DNA of 64,000 bases, taken from positions 1,662 to 65,661 of the forward strand of contig MHPP01000014.1 in NCBI GenBank assembly GCA_001822095.1, given 5' to 3'. Positions within the stretch are counted from its first letter, which is position 1; every line of letters starts with the position of its first letter. The notes under the pieces were generated by a model. The model worked only from the letters and a program-made list of their open reading frames with translations, was not told where the DNA came from and searched no databases. The DNA is from Candidatus Staskawiczbacteria bacterium RIFOXYC1_FULL_38_18. GTDB taxonomy: Bacteria; Patescibacteriota; Minisyncoccia; Minisyncoccales; Staskawiczbacteraceae. Shown here one piece after another: positions 58,335 through 64,000 of the stretch. A program made the position numbers and the translations under genes.

Positions 58335-59831
58335 TTAAAGTAATTTTATTGCTTGTTCTATGCGTTTTATTGTTTTTTCTTTGCCTAGAATATCTGCTAT
58401 TTCAAACGGACTTGGAGAAAATTTCTTGCCCGACAAAGCCACGCGCAACGGCCACAACAAATATCCTTTATTTTTTTCAGGATATCCTTTCTGTTTATTA
58501 AACTCCCCTGCCCCGGCTGTCAGACCTGCCTCAATATTTTTTATGTCCCATATTTTAATTTCCGACAAAATTTTGTCGCACAATAAAAGAGCCTCCTTAA
58601 TTTCTGTGTCCTGCATTGTTGACCATTTTAATAAATCTTTATCAAGACTTAATTTATCCGCAAAAAAGAAATCCGACAATTCAACAATATCAGAAAGTTT
58701 CTTCATCCTTGTTTTTGAGACTTCAACAATTTTTTCCAGCTGATTTTCGGTTACCTGCCCTGCAACCAGAAGCCCGGCTTCCCGCAAATATGGTTTGCAA
58801 AGTTCTGTTAATTTTTCAATATTTTTCTCTCTGATATAAAAGCCGTTTAGGAAATCCAGGCGGTCAATGTTAAAAACAGCGCCGGCTTTTTGCACTTTTT
58901 CTATTGAAAACTCTTTTACTAATTCAGATAGTGAAAAAATTTCTTTTTCCGTTCCCGGATTCCAGCCAAGCAAAACCATGAAGTTAACAAGAGCTTCGGG
59001 CAGATAACCGCTATTATGATAATCGGCTAATGCAACATCTCCCTGCCTTTTTGAAAGCTTGGATCTATCGGTATTTAGCATTAAAGGCAAATGAGCATAA
59101 ATAGGCTGGTAAAAGCCAAGCGCTTTTTGTATTAAAATTTGCCTTGGCGTGTTTGGCAGGTGTTCTTCACCTCTTATTACGTGACTAATTTCCATTTCAA
59201 AATCATCAACAACAACAGCAAAGTGATATAACGGCGAATCTAAATCTTTTGCAATTACCACGTCGCCCAAAAGCCTGGCATCAAATTCCACGTCGCCACG
59301 TATTAGGTCATTAAATTTTATTTTTTTGTTTTCAATTCTAAATCTTATCACAGAAGATTTTTTTTCGGCTAAATTTTTTTCAACGGTTTCCTTTGATAAG
59401 CGTGCGCACTTTCCGTCGTATTTTGGAGCCACTCCCCTGCTCATTTGATCTTGGCGCTTAGCTTCCAAATCTTCCTCTGTACAAAAACAATAATAAGCCT
59501 TGTTTTCCCCTAAAAGCTTTTCTAAATATTTTTTGTAAATATCTGTGCGCTGGGTTTGCTTGTATGGCCCAAATTTTCCGCCAATATCCGGGCCTTCGTT
59601 CCACTCTATTCCCAGCCACTTCAATTGCTCTATAATTTCTTCTGTCCATTTCTGCAAGGACCTTTCTTTATCAGTGTCCTCGATGCGCAAAACAAACCTG
59701 CCGCCATTTTTTTGGGCAAACAAATAATTAAATAAAGCGGTTCTGGACCCTCCCACATGCAAAGGCCCTGTGGGGCTTGGGGCAAACCTTACTCTCACCT
59801 GCCCCGCCGATTTTTTAGCAATTTTTTTCAT
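58335..59831 (-). CDS. gltX: Glutamyl-tRNA synthetase
   Basis: RFAPSPTG.LHVG, RIEDTD, KLSKR. Confidence 0.97.
   Translation of the reverse strand: MKKIAKKSAGQVRVRFAPSPTGPLHVGGSRTALFNYLFAQKNGGRFVLRIEDTDKERSLQKWTEEIIEQLKWLGIEWNEGPDIGGKFGPYKQTQRTDIYKKYLEKLLGENKAYYCFCTEEDLEAKRQDQMSRGVAPKYDGKCARLSKETVEKNLAEKKSSVIRFRIENKKIKFNDLIRGDVEFDARLLGDVVIAKDLDSPLYHFAVVVDDFEMEISHVIRGEEHLPNTPRQILIQKALGFYQPIYAHLPLMLNTDRSKLSKRQGDVALADYHNSGYLPEALVNFMVLLGWNPGTEKEIFSLSELVKEFSIEKVQKAGAVFNIDRLDFLNGFYIREKNIEKLTELCKPYLREAGLLVAGQVTENQLEKIVEVSKTRMKKLSDIVELSDFFFADKLSLDKDLLKWSTMQDTEIKEALLLCDKILSEIKIWDIKNIEAGLTAGAGEFNKQKGYPEKNKGYLLWPLRVALSGKKFSPSPFEIADILGKEKTIKRIEQAIKLL
58572..58588 (-). repeat. Polar motif, inverted coding copy in gltX
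   Basis: TTTTATTGTGCGACAAA on the minus strand. Confidence 0.75.
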
Positions 59832-59832
59832 T

Positions 59833-60948
59833 TTAATCTAGCGTTAAAAATTCTAATATTTCCCTTGCTACGGCTCTCGCAGCCAACGGTTTTGCAAACG
59901 AAAGCGCCGATTGCTTCATCTGCTCAATCTTGCTCGGATTTAAAAACAGCATCTGGACGTTTTCTATAAAAAAATTGGGCGTTAGGTTGTCCTGCTCAAT
60001 AACCAGGGCAGCTCCGGTGTCTGCGTATGCGTAGGCGTTTTTTGACTGGTGGTCTCCCGCCGAGGACGGCAAGGGAATCAGTATACTCGGCTTGCCAATT
60101 GCGGCGATTTCAAAGATAGAGCCAGAAGCCGACCGCGAAATTATCAAATCAGCGGCCTTGTAGGCGTGCTTAATTTGCTCTTCACTTAAAAACCCATAGG
60201 CATGATAATATTTTTGCAAATTTTGATTGGCCACAACTTGCGATTCAGCCCTGTCTCTTTTTAAATTTTCTATGCCGGTCATATGTATTATCTCATAGCT
60301 TTTAAGCAGGCTCTCTAAAACATTCAGGATAAAGTCGTTGATAGCTTCGGATCCCTGCGACCCCCCTATTATCAAAAAAACCGGTTTCTCAAAAGTTAGG
60401 CCAAAAACTTCTCCCGCGCTTTTTTTATCGCCCTCCAAAACCTCTTTTCTTATTGGATTTCCCGTAACGGTTGTTACTTTTGGGTCAAAAAATTCTGTTT
60501 TCTCAAAAGAAGTAAAAATCTTTTTTGCCCATTTTGATGTTTTTTGATTTGAAAGCCCTGGCACTACATCGGATTCGTGTAAAAACACTGGAATTTTTAG
60601 CAATCTAGCCGAAAAGGTTACAGCAAAAGAGCCCGACCCGCCCTTGCTGAAAACCAAATCGGGATTTATTACCAGAAGCATAAAAAAACTTTGTAAAATT
60701 CCGAAAGGAATTTTAAATAAAATGTCTACAAAATTTTGGAAAGAAAAATATCTGCGCAGTTTTCCCGAAACAATTGTTTTCATAATAAAATCTTCCTGCG
60801 ACAGCAAGGCCAGCCAAAAGCCGTCCTTTGGGCCCACGTAAAAAAGTTCCAAATCTTTTTTGGGATAAATCCTCCTTATTTCCCGCGCAATAGCGACCAA
60901 GGGAAAAACATGTCCTCCTGTTCCGCCCCCCGTGAATATTATTTTCAT
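59833..60948 (-). CDS. murG: Lipid II GlcNAc transferase
   Basis: TGGGTGGHVFP, GNPIR, GGSQGS, HQ..NA; start set at 60948. Confidence 0.95.
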   Translation of the reverse strand: MKIIFTGGGTGGHVFPLVAIAREIRRIYPKKDLELFYVGPKDGFWLALLSQEDFIMKTIVSGKLRRYFSFQNFVDILFKIPFGILQSFFMLLVINPDLVFSKGGSGSFAVTFSARLLKIPVFLHESDVVPGLSNQKTSKWAKKIFTSFEKTEFFDPKVTTVTGNPIRKEVLEGDKKSAGEVFGLTFEKPVFLIIGGSQGSEAINDFILNVLESLLKSYEIIHMTGIENLKRDRAESQVVANQNLQKYYHAYGFLSEEQIKHAYKAADLIISRSASGSIFEIAAIGKPSILIPLPSSAGDHQSKNAYAYADTGAALVIEQDNLTPNFFIENVQMLFLNPSKIEQMKQSALSFAKPLAARAVAREILEFLTLD

Positions 60949-62072
60949 GTATTTTTTGAGATGTTTAATAGTAGCCCCATGGCAAATATTTCTGTAATAA
61001 GATGCGAGCCTCCGGAAGAGAAAAATGGCAAAGGGATTCCCGCTATAGGAAACAGCCCGGCAGATGACGCGATGTTTATAAGCGCCTGAAGCGATATCCA
61101 AAAAACAATTCCTATTGCTGTCAATTTTGAAAACTTATCGTTTGAATTTTTATAAATCTGGATCCCGCGCCAAAAAAGAGCAATAAACGCGGCAATTATT
61201 ATTGCGCCCCCTATCAGCCCTAATTCCTCCCCTATTATTCCAAAAATAGAGTCAGACATTGCGGTTGGAAGCCCGCCGAATTTTTGGGTTGAGAGCCCCA
61301 ACCCTTTTCCCCAAAATCCGCCCGATCCCAGAGAAATTATTGATTGCGTAAGTTGGTGGCTTTCTCCCAGGGGATCGCGTGTAGGATTTAAAAAAGTAAG
61401 CCACCGGCTGAATCTATAAGGCTCAAGCCTTACCGCAAGCATTAGGGCGCCCAGGCCCGCAACAACAACCAAAAGCGTGTGCCAAATAGGGGTTTTTGCC
61501 GAAAAATATAACGCTAGCAACGTCAATGATATTATTCCAAGGGTGCTGATGTCTCTCTGCAAATATAGAGCAAAGGAAATTATTCCTAAAAAAATAAGAA
61601 AGGGCAAAAGAATATATATTGTATTATGATAACCTTTTTTTACATTGGATTTCCAGCCCCCCGCGCCTGTTTCGTATAATTTTGAGGCAATCCACGCCGA
61701 TAAATACATAATGGCTGTGATTTTTAAAAATTCGGCGGGCTGAATTGTTGCCTTGCCAAACGAAATCCATCTGCTTGCGCCAGCTATTTTTAGGCCAATG
61801 CCCGGAATAAACACAAAAAATAATCCCGCAATATTCAGCAAAACAAATGCCAGCGCCCATTTCCTCAGGACCCCTAAAGGAATTTTATAGCCCGCAAACC
61901 CCGCCACAATTGCCGGTAGAAATCCAAAAACCAGCTGGTGTAAAAAATAATAATTGGTGTTGCCAAATCTCTGCAGAGATGCGGGCGCAGAAACGCAGAA
62001 AAAAAACAGCAAGCTAAAAACAATAAATGCACAAATCAAGAAGAACAGGAAATAATCAAAGTGGCGCTTCAT
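60945..62072 (-). CDS. ftsW: SEDS family protein FtsW
   Basis: GASRWI, QPAEFLK, GGFWGKG, GEELG, GIPLPFFS.GGS; upstream of murG. Confidence 0.9.
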   Translation of the reverse strand: MKRHFDYFLFFLICAFIVFSLLFFFCVSAPASLQRFGNTNYYFLHQLVFGFLPAIVAGFAGYKIPLGVLRKWALAFVLLNIAGLFFVFIPGIGLKIAGASRWISFGKATIQPAEFLKITAIMYLSAWIASKLYETGAGGWKSNVKKGYHNTIYILLPFLIFLGIISFALYLQRDISTLGIISLTLLALYFSAKTPIWHTLLVVVAGLGALMLAVRLEPYRFSRWLTFLNPTRDPLGESHQLTQSIISLGSGGFWGKGLGLSTQKFGGLPTAMSDSIFGIIGEELGLIGGAIIIAAFIALFWRGIQIYKNSNDKFSKLTAIGIVFWISLQALINIASSAGLFPIAGIPLPFFSSGGSHLITEIFAMGLLLNISKNT

Positions 62073-62078
62073 GCAAGA

Positions 62079-63998
62079 TTATTTTTGATAGGCCTTAACT
62101 AATAATTTAAATTGGTCGCCTTTTTCCTCAAAGTTTTTCCAAAGCGAATAGCTTGGCGAGGCGCTCGACAGAAGGCATATTTTTCCGGGCTCAGTATTTT
62201 TATAGGCAAAAATTACCGCTTCCTCCATACTTCTTGTTTTTAGGATATTCAGCCCGGCCAGACGGATTTTATCTCCGCTTTCGGGAAAAAGAGCTACATT
62301 TCTTATTTTATATTTTTTTATCGCTTTTTCCAATCCCGAAAAATTATATCCGCGGTTCTCCCCGCCCAAAAAAATCGTGTCCACCTCCTTTAGCGATTTT
62401 ATTGCCATTATGGTTGATTCGGGAGTTGTGGAAATTGCATCGTCATAAAACCTTATGTTTTTATGTTTGCCGACAAATTCCAGCCTGTGTGGCAGAGGTT
62501 TAAATGTTTTAATTCCCCGCCTTATTTTTGCGTCTGCAATTGCAAATTCCTTTACAGCGGACACAGCAGCTCTAATATTTTCCCTGTTATGAGGCCCAAT
62601 CAACGGCAAATCTATTTCATTAAGAAAGGCATCCTGCGCAAACGGAACAGCTTTTCCCCTGACCTCGCTTAGCCAGCTTAACGCTTTTTTATCCTTTTGA
62701 TTAAAAATAAACACGTCTTCCTTTTCCTGGTGCATTATTATATTTTTTTTGGCGTTATAGTAATTTTTAACGGTGTAGTGGTAGTCCATGTGCTCGGGAA
62801 AAAGGCTGGTTAAAACCGCAATATCCGGCGAATATTTAATATCGTCTAGTTGGTAGCTTGAAAGCTCCAGAACAAAAATTGTATTTTTTTTAATTTTACC
62901 CAAGAGCGCGCTAAGCATGGGCGTGCCAATATTTCCCAAAAGTTGCGCGGTTTTCCCTGATTTTTTAAGAATGTGATAAATTAGGGAAGCTGTTGTTGAT
63001 TTACCTTTTGTTCCGGTGACTCCGATTATTTTTACACCCGGTATTTGCTTTGCATATGAAAAAAATATATTTGTTGCCGTAGTATAGGGAATCTTTATGT
63101 ATTTTTTATACACTCCCGGAGACTTAATGGCTATATCGTAATTTTTTTGCTTTGCCAAATAATCAGGGCCGTCTTTTGCATCAGATGTTGCTATTTTCAG
63201 CGCGCTAAATTTCTTCTCTAAATATTCCTTTGTGGCCTTGCCCTCAATTCCATAACCTAATATTAGGGCGTTTCTCATTCCTAAAAATTTTAGATAGTCG
63301 GGCACTAATGACGGCTGGGTTTTAAAAACCTTATCCACCAGTTCCTGCGGCTTTCTCTTGTCTTGAAAATAGATTTTAAGGGGGAGTTTTTTTTCATTAA
63401 AAAAATACCTGTTATCCTCGGGATCTATTTTTGGCAAAAACACCTCTCCGGCCAAGTCGTCCCTGAATAATGCCCTAGACATATAAAAGGCCGCCCGCGA
63501 CTCTTCGTAGGTTCCAACACAGTCAAACGGCTTTACTCTGCCAAATCCCAAAATATCCCTGAATGTAGCAAGCAACCCCGTGTTCTCCATAAGATTTTTT
63601 CCAAAAATTTTAATCAGTGTTTCTTTCGGCACAAATGGCAAAAGTATCAAAAAAACAAAAGCGCATTTTGGGCATTGCCCGCACCATAGTTTGCCGTTTG
63701 TTGCGCCACCTATTTTAAAATTATTGTTACAGCTGGAAAAAACATCAAAATATTTTTTATGCTCTGAGAACAATTCAGCAATCCTTATTTCGTAAAACGG
63801 CCTAAGCAAAGAAAAATAAAATAAATCGGGGCTGATAAAACGCCTTACATAACTTTGAAACAACTTTTCAAATTCAGAGGATTTAGACCATTGGTGGTTG
63901 ATTGTTGCCCCTTTATATTTTACATTCCCAAAATTACTGCTATATTCATTGGACACAACAAAAAAAGAATAATTATAAAACAGAGCAGACAAAATACC
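62079..63998 (-). CDS. murD: MurL-like epimerase fused to MurD ligase (5' end probably outside window)
   Basis: N-part: NHQWSKS, SSCN, WCGQCPKC, KPFDCVG; C-part: GTKGKST, ELSSYQL, HRLE, SYSLWKNFEEKG. Confidence 0.85.
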   Translation of the reverse strand, partial: GILSALFYNYSFFVVSNEYSSNFGNVKYKGATINHQWSKSSEFEKLFQSYVRRFISPDLFYFSLLRPFYEIRIAELFSEHKKYFDVFSSCNNNFKIGGATNGKLWCGQCPKCAFVFLILLPFVPKETLIKIFGKNLMENTGLLATFRDILGFGRVKPFDCVGTYEESRAAFYMSRALFRDDLAGEVFLPKIDPEDNRYFFNEKKLPLKIYFQDKRKPQELVDKVFKTQPSLVPDYLKFLGMRNALILGYGIEGKATKEYLEKKFSALKIATSDAKDGPDYLAKQKNYDIAIKSPGVYKKYIKIPYTTATNIFFSYAKQIPGVKIIGVTGTKGKSTTASLIYHILKKSGKTAQLLGNIGTPMLSALLGKIKKNTIFVLELSSYQLDDIKYSPDIAVLTSLFPEHMDYHYTVKNYYNAKKNIIMHQEKEDVFIFNQKDKKALSWLSEVRGKAVPFAQDAFLNEIDLPLIGPHNRENIRAAVSAVKEFAIADAKIRRGIKTFKPLPHRLEFVGKHKNIRFYDDAISTTPESTIMAIKSLKEVDTIFLGGENRGYNFSGLEKAIKKYKIRNVALFPESGDKIRLAGLNILKTRSMEEAVIFAYKNTEPGKICLLSSASPSYSLWKNFEEKGDQFKLLVKAYQK

Positions 63999-64000
63999 CA

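Overview
AT-rich chromosomal window with the gene content and mostly Shine-Dalgarno-less leaders typical of a Patescibacteria/CPR (Parcubacteria-like) bacterium; the taxonomy is inferred. Housekeeping blocks (murF, femAB-like, ftsQ, recR, dnaB, cysS, dnaX, ctpA, rplI, pyrG, rpmA, uppS, xer, gltX, murG, ftsW, murL-murD fusion, tRNA-Gln) are interleaved with a sortase/surface-protein locus, a CsoR-led copper cluster (18.3-27.0 kb) and isolated GC-rich orphan genes. Main observations: (1) A ~15.5 kb serine-recombinase element (31303-46768) is inserted in the last codons of ctpA. Its att core also lies inside the 3' end of its own recombinase gene, so excision would swap both C-termini. It carries rep/MTase/TerS-like genes but no capsid, plus defence-like cargo. 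(2) A long polar motif, TTTTATTGTGCGACA(AAT), is concentrated around a lone Xer recombinase and flips orientation there. This is also where gene orientation converges (probable terminus). The motif separates accessory genes, overlaps the promoter of a free-standing LAGLIDADG-like gene and resembles one arm of an 11-6-11 dif-like site upstream of xer. (3) Several short palindromic elements are present, some inserted in frame in core genes. All calls are from motif recognition by eye; no database searches were run.
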